From an uncultured bacterium (GTDB lineage Bacteria > B130-G9): 35,297 nucleotides of DNA. Position 1 is the stretch's first letter. Each line of letters starts with the position of its first letter. The position numbers and the translations under genes are program-made. Under the pieces are notes generated by a model. It searched no databases. It saw nothing but the letters and a program-made list of their open reading frames with translations, and was not told where the DNA came from. The stretch covers positions 1 through 35,297 of the forward strand of contig CBDVDH010000041.1 of NCBI GenBank assembly GCA_965372715.1, given 5' to 3'. This document shows positions 7,742 through 17,935 of this stretch, in pieces.

Positions 7742-10700
7742 CTACTCCTTCCCAAGCGCCTCACGAATCGCGGCCAGCTCACAGGGCGTGATCGACCAGA
7801 TTTGTCCGGCATATTCATCCATCTGGCACTCCAGTTCCAGGATCTCCACATTCCTCTGACACAGGGCAGCCATATGTGCCGCTTCAGCGGCGTTGGAGAT
7901 CTTCCTATGCAGTGGACTCGACCTGTCGAACTCGGGGATGGCGATCATCTGGAGGACATTGGGCTGCCCATAGCTCTTCCCCGTTGAGAGGGAGGAGTGT
8001 AAGAGCACCGAAGGAGAGCTATTCCCCAGTCCTGAGAAGAAAAAGGCCTCTTGGGTGCTGTCAAAACTAACCAATGTTACAACGTGTTGTGTCAAGCATA
8101 TCGAGGTGCCAAGAAAGGGATCATCGACTGTCTGGATGACGGATACACGCAATTCAGGCATGAATTGCCTCCATAGCGCTTTTATAGGTGAGATCGAGTA
8201 CGGCCCGACGCCATACATGGAATAGAATGGCTTGTCAGCACTATGGATCTTCCTGAATAGGCTTCTGCCTCGAAGCGTCCCCCGTTTCGGTGATATTACG
8301 TCTCCTTCGAACTGCTTCAGGTATGCGTACGTCTTGGGATGATACGCTTTCATGATGCTCTCGGGAATGCCGGCTCGTGTATTGGGATCCTGAGCGAGGA
8401 TAATGTAACAAGAAGGCCCAGCCTTCCAACGGGAGACGTCTCTACTCCGGACAAGCGGGAAAACGAGATCTTGCTCGATGACAGCTTGGGTCTTCTTGAC
8501 TTCGATTTCTCCTGCGTCCGGCAGATTCTCGATAAGTAACTCGCCATTAGGAAGACGCTCAATAACTCGAATCCAGAAGCAGCCATTGAGTCCGCCCGTA
8601 TTGACTCCCAAATGCGCTTGATAACCGCTCTGCCCCACGACCTTCAGTATGCCCTGTAATGCGCATTCTGTCGCAGTTAGCCAGGGAGAGGACCCCTTTT
8701 GGGGCAGGACAGGGACTGCATCGAGCTTCACTTGCTTGGTAATGGCGAGAAGATCGACCAAGGATTGATCTTGCGGCACTCGCCGTGGCCCGGACCAGGC
8801 GTAATAAGGGACAGGATAGGCGAATGAGTTCTTGCCTTTTTGGCAGACAAAGACGGCCGTGCGATTAGTTGCTCCTTCGAAGATCTGCATGTCACCAAAA
8901 TCGTGCACAGCTGTCGGTTTCAGGTAGTACCGTATCCTGTCTCTATTGAAGGCAAGCCGTCTGAAACCATCTCCGGCCCCGGCGCTTTTGAAGACTCTTT
9001 GTTTCATGACGAAAGCGAGTAGGCCAAGATCAGAAAGATAATTGTCCGCTACGGCGAACACAAAAATCATACAGAGATCCTTTTTCCCGCCTCCTAGTCG
9101 CCCCTCAAATCCCGACAGAGTAAAAAGCCCATAATTGGCCCAAAGCGGCTTCATGGAGTCACGATAGTCATGTGGGAGGTAATCCCAATTGACCCAGGGT
9201 GGGTTGCCGGCGACGTAATCGACCTTCTTGATGAATAGCGGAGCGAATGCATTCTTGATGATCCGTGCCCAGATGCCGTTCTCGTTGCCTGCATCGAGCT
9301 CTCGCAGCCTGCGATATAGCTGCTTGTGTAGCGCTTTCTCTGCCATCGGGAGCCCCTGCGCCTCGCACCTGGAAATGAATTCGTTCGGATCGTAATCACT
9401 GCGGACGCATTTCTCCAGCTCATCTGCATATTTCCCAATCCTCTCGCGATCCGATGTGACTTCCGTGGGAATGAGGAAATCGCCGGCACTCGTCTTGAGT
9501 TTTCTTGCCTTTCTAAGGCTTTCAGTGAACACATCCCCGTATTGCGACGGGGTCATGATTGAATCGCAGAGATAAACTGGCAGCTCAATTTCCCCGCCGT
9601 ATCGCAATAGGTCACGAATCGCCAGCAGATAATTCGTGCGCGAGGCCATAACGGCCAACGGATTGAGGTCGAAGCCAATGACGTTGCGCAGTATCTTCCG
9701 CAGAAGCTCGTCTTCCTGAAAGCCGCATTCGTGCCGGTGTTCGTCAAACCAGGCCTTGATGCGATTGATCGTCATAACAAGAAATGTCCCAGACCCGCAC
9801 GCGGGGTCGAGGAGGCGCTTGTCGGGATTGCCGTCGTAGCCGAGCTCGTTTAGCGTGAATTCGGCGAGCCAGTCGGGCGTGAAATACTCACCGAGGTCGT
9901 GTCGGACTGTCTTGGGAAAGAGTCGCTGGTAGAGCTTCTTTAATAGGTCTCGCGATTCTGACGGCTCGACGCTGAGTGTGTTTGGATCGTACTTGTTAAG
10001 CTCATCGACCATGGACCTAATGGCTTGCGCGAGCCTCTCATCCCAGGCGTCGATATACCATGAAAAGAGGTCACCCTCGAGGAAGTTGCGGATGCCCAGA
10101 TCTTTCCAAATCCCACCCCGTTCCAGTTTCTGAAGCTCGAGCCGCAGCTTCTCCGAGGTCGGTGCATCGAAGAGTTTCTTCAGCGTTGACAGCCCCAACG
10201 GTGACAGCGAGGCGACTATCTCGGCAGCTAGGAGCTTGATTAGGAGCGCATAATATGTGTGGACGGCGAACAGAAGTTGTGCAGGATTTGCGTATGGGAT
10301 GAGGTAATGGCTCCCAAGCTTATCGATTCTGGAACTCCTGCCGTGAATATCGTAGCCGCATACTTCACCGAACAGAATCTGCCACTGCTTGAAGAAGGTC
10401 TGCGCCTTGGCGCTTTCCGTCTCGCAGATAACTTCATAGATGCTGTGAATGCCCTCCTGAGCGAGCGTGCTTTTCTCGCCGAAATCCGCGCTAAGATTCT
10501 CAGGCGTGAAGGAATGTCCCCGTGCACTAAGTGAGACCAGTGCTCGCAGCAACTTCTGAGCGACATACGGTGTAACGGCACTCGGCGGACTGATGTCGAA
10601 CTCCCTGCCCCGACGACTGACGAATACCATATAGTTGCCATCACAGCCGACGCCGAGTATGCGCTCCATGCCGACCTGCTCTTCTCGTTGAAGGTCTGTG

Positions 10701-11014
10701 AAGCGCCTCTGTATCTGGGCGACTACGGCTCTCACGCCCGGCGAGTCCTGATTCTCACTCAGCTTCCCCGCGCCGTTGGGGTCCTTGTACTCGATTACCA
10801 CGCCGCCATATTTGGAGTCGATCCGGCCTCCTGCAAGGCCGTATTCGTGCCGACCCTTCATCTTCAGATTGGCCGTACCTATGAAGTTGTCGATCAGCTT
10901 CGTACACCCAATCCGAACCTCTTCTTCAGATTCGGCAAAACCAGCGATTTTAGGCATCTCGTCCGCCATCGTCGCCGCGTGTTTCGCTATTAGCGCCTCA
11001 AGGTTTGCTTCCAT
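7742..11014 (-). CDS. Single-polypeptide restriction-modification enzyme (type IIG/Eco57I-like N6-adenine methyltransferase with N-terminal nuclease)
   Basis: N-terminal ID..YGGVVIEYK fits PD-(D/E)xK. Methyltransferase motifs GEYFTP, LDPACGSGTFL, GFDLNP and NPPW are present, followed by a C-terminal region consistent with a target-recognition domain. Confidence 0.85.
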   Translation of the reverse strand: MEANLEALIAKHAATMADEMPKIAGFAESEEEVRIGCTKLIDNFIGTANLKMKGRHEYGLAGGRIDSKYGGVVIEYKDPNGAGKLSENQDSPGVRAVVAQIQRRFTDLQREEQVGMERILGVGCDGNYMVFVSRRGREFDISPPSAVTPYVAQKLLRALVSLSARGHSFTPENLSADFGEKSTLAQEGIHSIYEVICETESAKAQTFFKQWQILFGEVCGYDIHGRSSRIDKLGSHYLIPYANPAQLLFAVHTYYALLIKLLAAEIVASLSPLGLSTLKKLFDAPTSEKLRLELQKLERGGIWKDLGIRNFLEGDLFSWYIDAWDERLAQAIRSMVDELNKYDPNTLSVEPSESRDLLKKLYQRLFPKTVRHDLGEYFTPDWLAEFTLNELGYDGNPDKRLLDPACGSGTFLVMTINRIKAWFDEHRHECGFQEDELLRKILRNVIGFDLNPLAVMASRTNYLLAIRDLLRYGGEIELPVYLCDSIMTPSQYGDVFTESLRKARKLKTSAGDFLIPTEVTSDRERIGKYADELEKCVRSDYDPNEFISRCEAQGLPMAEKALHKQLYRRLRELDAGNENGIWARIIKNAFAPLFIKKVDYVAGNPPWVNWDYLPHDYRDSMKPLWANYGLFTLSGFEGRLGGGKKDLCMIFVFAVADNYLSDLGLLAFVMKQRVFKSAGAGDGFRRLAFNRDRIRYYLKPTAVHDFGDMQIFEGATNRTAVFVCQKGKNSFAYPVPYYAWSGPRRVPQDQSLVDLLAITKQVKLDAVPVLPQKGSSPWLTATECALQGILKVVGQSGYQAHLGVNTGGLNGCFWIRVIERLPNGELLIENLPDAGEIEVKKTQAVIEQDLVFPLVRSRDVSRWKAGPSCYIILAQDPNTRAGIPESIMKAYHPKTYAYLKQFEGDVISPKRGTLRGRSLFRKIHSADKPFYSMYGVGPYSISPIKALWRQFMPELRVSVIQTVDDPFLGTSICLTQHVVTLVSFDSTQEAFFFSGLGNSSPSVLLHSSLSTGKSYGQPNVLQMIAIPEFDRSSPLHRKISNAAEAAHMAALCQRNVEILELECQMDEYAGQIWSITPCELAAIREALGKE

Positions 11015-11220
11015 CGCCTCCAGTCCTTTTCTATGTGGCGGTTTTCTTCCCGACCGCGAAAAGCCACGTTACGCGTATTCTATCCGCTCAGAAGAAGATA
11101 GCCCCGCGCCAGTTCATGGTAAAGCGGATTCCGGCCTTAGAGTTCGGCTGAAAGAGGTGCAGGCCGCATCGGGCGAAAGGCAAATCGGCCCGGGCTTAGT
11201 CTGTGGATTGATGAGGTTTG

Positions 11221-12075
11221 TTACTCGCTGGCGTTCGCGATGCTCTCGCAATAGGCAGTTGCGCAGCCCTTGGCCATTTTGCGGACGCGGGCGATGTATG
11301 CGACCCGTTCCGCGACCGAGATGGCGGACCTTGCGTCGAGAATATTGAAAAGATGGGAGCACATGATACAGCAGTCGTAAGCGGGTTGCTCGAGCCCCTT
11401 CAAAAGGAGGTCAAAGCACTCGTCGTGACACAAGTCGAAGATCGCCTCCACGCGCTTAACATCCGCGGCCTCGAAGCTGAACTTCGAGAACTGCCGCTCC
11501 CGCTCGTGGTATATGTCGCGATATTTGACGTCATCGCTCCAGTTAAGGTCATAGACGCTCTTGGCGCCCTCAATTGAGGCGCAGATGCGCTCTAGGCCGT
11601 ATGTGATCTCGACGGACACGGGGTCGAGCTCGATGCCGCCTATTTGCTGGAAGTAAGTAAATTGCGTGATCTCCTGGCCGTCGAGCCAGACTTGCCAACC
11701 GAGGCCGGCAGCGCCGAGCGTGGGCGATTCCCAGTCATCGTGCACGAGGCGCACGTCGTGGTCTTTGGGCTCAAGGCCCATTGCGCGGAGGCTGTCGAGG
11801 TAGATGTCCTGGATATTCTCCGGCGGGGGTTTCATGATGACTTGGAATTGAAAATAGTGGCCGAGCCGGTTGGGATTCTCGCCGTATCTGCCGTCGGTCG
11901 GCCTGCGGCAGGCCTGCACATAGCCGACGTTGGCGGGCTTGGGCCCAAGGACTGAGAAGAACGTGGCAGGGCAGAACGTGCCGGCGCCGAGCTGCATGTC
12001 GTAGGGCTGGACGATGGCGCAGCCCTTTTCGGCCCAGAACCTCTGAAGCGCGATTATCGTATCCTGGAAGTTCAC
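11221..12075 (-). CDS. glyQ: Glycine--tRNA ligase alpha subunit
   Basis: Motifs [42 protein letters not shown] and SH.FN.LDAR. Confidence 0.97.
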   Translation of the reverse strand: MNFQDTIIALQRFWAEKGCAIVQPYDMQLGAGTFCPATFFSVLGPKPANVGYVQACRRPTDGRYGENPNRLGHYFQFQVIMKPPPENIQDIYLDSLRAMGLEPKDHDVRLVHDDWESPTLGAAGLGWQVWLDGQEITQFTYFQQIGGIELDPVSVEITYGLERICASIEGAKSVYDLNWSDDVKYRDIYHERERQFSKFSFEAADVKRVEAIFDLCHDECFDLLLKGLEQPAYDCCIMCSHLFNILDARSAISVAERVAYIARVRKMAKGCATAYCESIANASE

Positions 12076-12089
12076 GTATCACCGTCTAA

Positions 12090-12132
12090 GAAAAAGGGCG
12101 GCGGGCCCACTGCTTCCGCGAACCAACCGCCC
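12090..12132 (-). terminator. Possible intrinsic terminator between kbl and glyQ
   Basis: On the minus strand, gggcgg...ccgccc is followed by TTTTT; the loop is long. Confidence 0.35.
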
Positions 12133-12152
12133 ATTATTCGTTGCCTGTTTGC

Positions 12153-13337
12153 CTAGATCACGCCGTGCTTCTTGCCGACTTGCGTGAAAGCGTCGATCGC
12201 CTTGTCCATCTGCTCCTTCGAGTGAGCCGCGGAGAGCTGGACGCGGATTCTCGCCTGGCCCTTCGCCACAACCGGATAGAAGAACCCGATGACGTAGATG
12301 CCGAGCCCGAGCAAGTCGCGAGCCATGTCCTGAGCCAGCTTTGCCTCGCCCAACATGATCGGCACAATCGGGTGCACGCCCGGCCTGATCTTGAAGCCAG
12401 CCGCGGTCATCTTCTCGCGGAAGTACTTGGTGTTGTCCTCGAGGATGTCGCGTAGCTTCGTTGTCCGGCTGAGCATCTTGAACACCTCGTTCTCGGTGTA
12501 TGCGATGACCGGCGGAAGGGAGTTGGAGAACAGATACGGGCGCGACCGCTGCCTGAGATACTCTACTATCTCCTTACGGCCCGCCGTGAAGCCGCCGCTT
12601 GCGCCGCCGAGCGCCTTGCCCAGCGTGCTGGTGATGATGTCAACACGGTCGAGCACGCCGCGATACTCCGGCGAGCCGCGACCCGTCTTGCCGACAAAGC
12701 CCGTCGCGTGCGCGTCGTCCAGCATAACCAGCGCGTCGTATTTCTCGGCGAGCTCGCAGATGTCATCCAGCGGCGCAATATCCCCGTCCATGCTGAAAAC
12801 GCCGTCGGTCGCTATCAGCCTCACCCTGGCGTCCTGTGTCTCTTTCAGCCTGGCCTCAAGGTCGTTCATGTCCATGTGCTTGAAGATGTAGCGCCTCGCC
12901 TTACACAGCCTGATGCCGTCGATGATACTGGCGTGATTTAGAGCGTCGGTGATAATCGCGCAGTCTTCCTTCAGAATCGTCTCAAACAGGCCGCCGTTCG
13001 CGTCGAAGCAGGACGAATAAAGGATCGTGTCGTCCTTCCTCAAAAAGTCCGAGATCGTCGCCTCGAGCTCCTTGTGGATGTCCTGCGTCCCACAGATGAA
13101 CCTGACTGAGGACAGGCCATACGCATACTTGTCGAGGCCATCCTTTGCGTGCTGCACGAGCTTCGCGCTATTGCACAAGCCCAGGTAGTTGTTGGCGCAG
13201 AAGTTGATGACCTCCTTGCCCTTGACCGTGATGGCCGAATACTGAGGCGAGGTGATTATCCTCTCCTCTTTGTATAGGCCGGCCTCCTTGATCTCGCTCA
13301 GCTCCTTTTGGAGCTGGTCCTTGAACGCTCCGAACAT
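12153..13337 (-). CDS. kbl: Glycine C-acetyltransferase (2-amino-3-ketobutyrate CoA ligase)
   Basis: Motifs NFCANNYLGL, SVRFICGT, LNHASIIDG, TLGKALGG (PLP lysine) and RSRPYLFSN. Confidence 0.96.
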   Translation of the reverse strand: MFGAFKDQLQKELSEIKEAGLYKEERIITSPQYSAITVKGKEVINFCANNYLGLCNSAKLVQHAKDGLDKYAYGLSSVRFICGTQDIHKELEATISDFLRKDDTILYSSCFDANGGLFETILKEDCAIITDALNHASIIDGIRLCKARRYIFKHMDMNDLEARLKETQDARVRLIATDGVFSMDGDIAPLDDICELAEKYDALVMLDDAHATGFVGKTGRGSPEYRGVLDRVDIITSTLGKALGGASGGFTAGRKEIVEYLRQRSRPYLFSNSLPPVIAYTENEVFKMLSRTTKLRDILEDNTKYFREKMTAAGFKIRPGVHPIVPIMLGEAKLAQDMARDLLGLGIYVIGFFYPVVAKGQARIRVQLSAAHSKEQMDKAIDAFTQVGKKHGVI

Positions 13338-13394
13338 CTGAGTTCCTCCGCTAGGTAATACGAATCAGAAACGATTGTTTATCTAAGTGCCGCA

Positions 13395-13423
13395 ATCCTA
13401 TGCAGCACTGATATGACTGTCAA
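13395..13423 (-). promoter_or_regulatory. Putative sigma-70 promoter of kbl
   Basis: TTGACA-N17-TAGGAT on the minus strand, about 58 bp upstream of the ATG. Confidence 0.6.
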
Positions 13424-13584
13424 CAAACCAAAGGGAGAAAGGGAAAAAAGGACAAAAGGAAAAAGGGAATCGATGCACGGGCGGGGCTTGTCTTCGCCCT
13501 TTGTAAAAGGAACCACGAATGAACGCTAATGAACGCGAATAGAGGCATTTTTTGTCTCGTCTTCCTCGCGTCTTTCCGGTTAGA

Positions 13585-15843
13585 CTAATCCTTTTGGACG
13601 CGTAGGTAGGCGATCTTATCATCGACTGGACCGATCATCTTGGATGAATCGCCCGTCAAGCTGAGCGCGGCGTAGAGATTGTATATGCCAGCGGGCAGAC
13701 CGTCGTAGTCGAGGCGCAGGAGCTCGACTTGCCCGCTCGATAGCGCTGGCAAGGTAAGCGGGATAGGCTGCGGCTCGGGCGAGAAGTTCGGCAAATAAAA
13801 GAGCTGATCGCCAAGTCCGACGGCGGCCCAGGCATCGACCGCAATCGGCCGCCCGGCGTTTTGCAGGAGTAGCGAGACCACGAGCTCGCCGCCTTGAGGC
13901 CCGACGCTCTCGATCTTCACGTTCTGCTGGGCTGGCCCGCGGTCCTCGACAAGGCTCAGGCCCCTCGGCGTGCCGAGCCACTTTCTGCCGTCATGGTCAA
14001 TGACAATTCGCTGTGCGCCTGCTTCAGCGTACCAGATATTCTGCTCAGCAGCGGCGATCTCGTCGTTGAAGGGGGCCACTGACCAGAGGTCGCCATCGTT
14101 AAGGTAAATGCCCTCATCCGTCGCCAGCCAAACCGTGCCATCACTGTCGGCCTGAATGTCGTTGACCAGAACGTCCAGCTCCTTGACCCAGGGCTGCATA
14201 GGTCGCCTCACGAAGAGCGATTTCGGCTCGCCGCTGAAGGCCGTCGTGCCGAGATACGCGTTCCCGTGAGCGTCAAAGAACATTCTGCCGGCGTGAGGGA
14301 TTTCCTCGCCGCCGAACGGAATCTGCCGCCAGTCCGTCCCGTCATAGACCGTGTAGCCGGTGTTGCGGCGGAACCAGACTTCGTTGTCGGGGCCGATGGT
14401 CATGTCGGTCGGCAGTTCTGAGTTGAAGTAGTCGGTTGACGAATAGCGGCGCCACGTCTCCCCGCGGAACTCGACCGCCGCGCCGTCCGATTGTTCGACG
14501 AGGCTGGAGGGGTTGGTGAACCATATCGCTTCGGAGGCATCGGCGCAGACGTAGCCGCCGCTCGCAAGCTCGGAGTTCGCCTCGTTGAAAACGGTTGCCT
14601 CATCCATGCCGAAGCGGATTGTCCCGTAGCTTGCGCGCACCCACACGGCGCCTTCGAGGTCGAGCGCCATCTGGCCGGATGCGTAGTGCTTGAGCATGAT
14701 CTCGCTGTGCGATAGCCAAGACGAGCCGCATACCTGGCGCCATCCTGCCTCGCCGGGCATCCCATGCACGCCGAGCATCGGTGTTTCAATGCTGCGTGTC
14801 CAGATTCTGCCCAAGCTGTCCTCGATTATGTCGTTGACGTAGCCTCCGGGCAAGCAGTCGGTGAAACGGGCCCTCGTGAAATTGCTGTTCTGGACAATGA
14901 AAACGCCGTAGCCCCACATGCCGAAGATGACGGTGTCGGGCGGCATGGCGGCGCACGACGAGAAGCATGGGAAGCCGCGCAAGTTATATGCCTGAAAAGT
15001 GAAACCGTCCGCCTCGGTGAAGAGCGTCGCACTCACGCCGTCGAATCGGGCCAGCACGTCGCCCGCCATCGCCCAGAGATTCCCGGCGCCGTCGAACACG
15101 ATGCGCTTCGTCCAGAGCATCTCCCGACCCCAGATCGGGTCGTCCGACACGAGCTTCCATTCGTCCCCCGAGAGATTGAAGAGGCCCTCGCTTGATATGA
15201 GCCAGACGCCGCCGTCGTTATCCGCGCCGACCGCGCTCGTTCTGAATGGCGTCAGAACGCTCTCCCAGCTCTCACCCTCGAGCTTGGTCACGGAGAAGGC
15301 GCCGGAGATGGATGTCCAGACTCTGCCCTGGACGTCGAAGCAGATCGCCCCGTCGGGCATTGAGAGCGTCCCCTCGTAGAGCCTCCAGGCTTCTCCGTCA
15401 AACCGGCGCAGTCCGCGTTCATCAACAAGCCAGAGCGTGCCGTCTGGCGCGACGGCCATCATGTTCATCAGCCTTCGCAGCGGGTCAACAACGGGCGTTA
15501 TATCGCGGAGCGTAATGCTCGCGCCGTCAAGCCGCGCCTCAAGCAGCCACTGCTCTCCCTCGAACGGGCCAAACGGGCCGATATAGAGAGTTTCGGCATC
15601 AATCGGCGCGACGTTGAGAACGCCGTCGTTCGGCAGCCCGTCCGCGGACGTGTATTTGGTCAAGACGCCATCGCGCAGGACAATCAGGCCCGTCCGCGTC
15701 CCCACAAAAAGTGTCCCGTCCTTGTAGGCCACGCTCGTTACGTCGTTGTCACATCTGAAATGCGTGATATCATAGTCCTGCGCTCCGCAGAAAGCACAGA
15801 ATGCCAGCAGGACGACACATAGACCGATTCTCTTAGATGTCAT
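13585..15843 (-). CDS. Exported beta-propeller protein (two-component regulator propeller-like repeats) with a C-terminal beta-sandwich-like domain
   Basis: Signal peptide MTSKRIGLCVVLLAFCAFCGA; repeated D.DG.LW...GL..FDG..W blades; ATG 15843 has a GAGG RBS and overlaps the upstream stop. Confidence 0.8.
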   Translation of the reverse strand: MTSKRIGLCVVLLAFCAFCGAQDYDITHFRCDNDVTSVAYKDGTLFVGTRTGLIVLRDGVLTKYTSADGLPNDGVLNVAPIDAETLYIGPFGPFEGEQWLLEARLDGASITLRDITPVVDPLRRLMNMMAVAPDGTLWLVDERGLRRFDGEAWRLYEGTLSMPDGAICFDVQGRVWTSISGAFSVTKLEGESWESVLTPFRTSAVGADNDGGVWLISSEGLFNLSGDEWKLVSDDPIWGREMLWTKRIVFDGAGNLWAMAGDVLARFDGVSATLFTEADGFTFQAYNLRGFPCFSSCAAMPPDTVIFGMWGYGVFIVQNSNFTRARFTDCLPGGYVNDIIEDSLGRIWTRSIETPMLGVHGMPGEAGWRQVCGSSWLSHSEIMLKHYASGQMALDLEGAVWVRASYGTIRFGMDEATVFNEANSELASGGYVCADASEAIWFTNPSSLVEQSDGAAVEFRGETWRRYSSTDYFNSELPTDMTIGPDNEVWFRRNTGYTVYDGTDWRQIPFGGEEIPHAGRMFFDAHGNAYLGTTAFSGEPKSLFVRRPMQPWVKELDVLVNDIQADSDGTVWLATDEGIYLNDGDLWSVAPFNDEIAAAEQNIWYAEAGAQRIVIDHDGRKWLGTPRGLSLVEDRGPAQQNVKIESVGPQGGELVVSLLLQNAGRPIAVDAWAAVGLGDQLFYLPNFSPEPQPIPLTLPALSSGQVELLRLDYDGLPAGIYNLYAALSLTGDSSKMIGPVDDKIAYLRVQKD

Positions 15844-17200
15844 TTCCTCGCACCTTTCGCTTTCTCTTCCTTCTGTTTGCATAGACTGCGGCGATGATTG
15901 CGGCCACAATAACCGCAATGACAGCGCCGGTGTTTATACGCTTTCTCTTAGCGCCTTCGGGACTAGATTGCTCCGTGTGTGTTCGCTGCGGATCGATCTT
16001 CTGGCCGTTCATATCGTCGGCCATGCCCTCATCTGCCTTGTCATAGCGGGCTGCGTGTTGGACCTTTGCAGCCGTCTGATCCCCCGTTAGCTTCGCCAAA
16101 AGCGCCTTCACCTCATCTTCCATCCCTGTCATTTTCGCCTCGAGGGCTAACTGAAGGTAGGAGATGCAGAGCTCGCGAAGTGATGGGTCCTTCATCAGCT
16201 CCTTCACGAGGCGCAGGTCATAGCCACCCCAAGCGAAGGAATTTCCTTTCACAAAGGACTCTTTGAACCAGCGGATTGCGGCTTCTCTGTCCCCTATTTT
16301 AAGAGCCAATAGGCCTAAAACCGTGGCGATTCTGTTTCTATCAAGGTCCATAAATGGGGAATCCAGGAAGCGTCTTTCTCTTTCGCATAGGATTTTCCAG
16401 GCGTCCAATAACTCCTTCTGGGCCTGCTCATATTGGCCCAATTCCATGTGTAGTTCGCCGGCCGTCCTATGCTGCCATTGGCGCGATTTGAGGCCCATTG
16501 ACGTTTCTTCATCCAGCGGGGAGTCCATGCTCTGAACAGTCTTCAGCGCGTTCCCATAATCGCCGAGCTTCTTCTGGCAGAATTGAAGGTCCCAGGATGG
16601 AGAGGTGTCCTTGGGGAAGAGTAAATGAGCCGCTTCGAACGCCTGCAATGCAAGGGCGTATTCCTTTTGGGCCGCAAGCATTGCCCCGATGTTGTAGAGA
16701 GCAAAAGCCCTGTCCTTATCAGAATCGATGGGCGCGCTCTGATAGATATCGATCATTCGCTCGTAGAACCAGGCATCATCTGTTCCATATAGCCTCGCCG
16801 CATTTGAGAGAGCAGTCTCGTTGGGTTCATATTCGAAACAGGCCTTCGCGGCTTTCAGCGCTATCTCAAGCCATTGACTATATCCCTGATTGGACTCCTT
16901 CTTTCTGGAGGCCAGCATGAGACATGCGCGAAATAGGTTGTGGGAATCGAGCCATGGTCCCGATTCTGGGCTGCCACTCTCCAATAGAGATGAGATGTAC
17001 GTCTCTATCTCCTCCTCGGTCATGTCCCTCCGCTTGCCATCATCCTCGATTAGATCAAGGAAGAATTGGGATGGGACAATCCCGTCGGGAAGAACGAATG
17101 ACCCTATTGGCATCTGGCTTGGGTCGAGTTGCTCGGCGACATTTATCCCAGAGGTCAGTAGGAGGAGGAGGGTCAGAATCGCGGCAATCAAGAACTGCAT
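15833..17200 (-). CDS. Exported TPR-repeat protein with a C-terminal membrane anchor
   Basis: N-terminal hydrophobic signal; TPR-like helices (ALYNIG..Y..AL..F..A; G.L.M.LGQYEQA); C-terminal hydrophobic helix followed by an RRKRKRK tail. Confidence 0.75.
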   Translation of the reverse strand: MQFLIAAILTLLLLLTSGINVAEQLDPSQMPIGSFVLPDGIVPSQFFLDLIEDDGKRRDMTEEEIETYISSLLESGSPESGPWLDSHNLFRACLMLASRKKESNQGYSQWLEIALKAAKACFEYEPNETALSNAARLYGTDDAWFYERMIDIYQSAPIDSDKDRAFALYNIGAMLAAQKEYALALQAFEAAHLLFPKDTSPSWDLQFCQKKLGDYGNALKTVQSMDSPLDEETSMGLKSRQWQHRTAGELHMELGQYEQAQKELLDAWKILCERERRFLDSPFMDLDRNRIATVLGLLALKIGDREAAIRWFKESFVKGNSFAWGGYDLRLVKELMKDPSLRELCISYLQLALEAKMTGMEDEVKALLAKLTGDQTAAKVQHAARYDKADEGMADDMNGQKIDPQRTHTEQSSPEGAKRKRINTGAVIAVIVAAIIAAVYANRRKRKRKVRGNDI

Positions 17201-17364
17201 TTCAATAATCTTCCAAAATTGGGCGAACGCAAACTAAGTTTGCACTTGAGGGTAGCCGGTCAGATTTGCCTTTTCAAGCACTGTGCCGAATGGTGCCGAG
17301 AAAGGCGGAGGGGCGGGCGCGCCTTGGGCCATGCCAAAGTAGGGCGGGTCTGGGTGAACTCCCT

Positions 17365-17901
17365 CTACGACTCTAGCAGCTTATTCAGATCGTCGAGGAG
17401 CGGCTGGACGTCCATGCCGTGGACCTGCGCGGCCTGCTCGATGGTCTCCACCGCGGCCGAGGGGCAGGAAACGCAGGCGAGGCCGCGCGTGAAAAGCACC
17501 TTGGCCACGTCGGGATGAACGGCAAGCGCCTCGGTCAGCGGCATGTCCTTTGTGAAGCGGAACTTCCCTTCCTTCTTGAGGCTCTCGAACGTCAGGTTCG
17601 CAACGGAGGCCTTGAGCTCCCTGAGCTCCTTCTGGACCTCCTGCTCATGCCGCATCAGGGAGTCACTGAGGTTGTCGCAGGAACGTCGCAGCTCCTTAGA
17701 CAGCTTGTTGTTTCGATAGATGATGGAGCACAGCCATATACCAATTGTGGCGAGGATGGCCCATATCAGCTGATACGAGATGGATGAGACCGCCGTGCCG
17801 AAAAGAACCGTTATGTGCGGCCGCACGGAGAACCGGATGATCAGAAATAGCATTGCGGCGATGATAAGCCATCTTATCGCTGATTTCGATTTTTGCTGCA
17901 T
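17365..17901 (-). CDS. Membrane-anchored DUF1858 domain protein
   Basis: Two N-terminal TM helices, a coiled coil, then FTKDM...HPDVAKVL...GL.CVSCP....ETIEQAA.VHG.D (DUF1858 signature). Confidence 0.8.
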   Translation of the reverse strand: MQQKSKSAIRWLIIAAMLFLIIRFSVRPHITVLFGTAVSSISYQLIWAILATIGIWLCSIIYRNNKLSKELRRSCDNLSDSLMRHEQEVQKELRELKASVANLTFESLKKEGKFRFTKDMPLTEALAVHPDVAKVLFTRGLACVSCPSAAVETIEQAAQVHGMDVQPLLDDLNKLLES

Positions 17902-17935
17902 GATTGTATGTCCTTTTCTGGCGCGATAATCACTT

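Noticed and set aside
12076-12152. T-box or glycine riboswitch upstream of glyQ
   Set aside because: The interval is only about 77 bp and lacks the T-box consensus; at most it holds a terminator-like hairpin.
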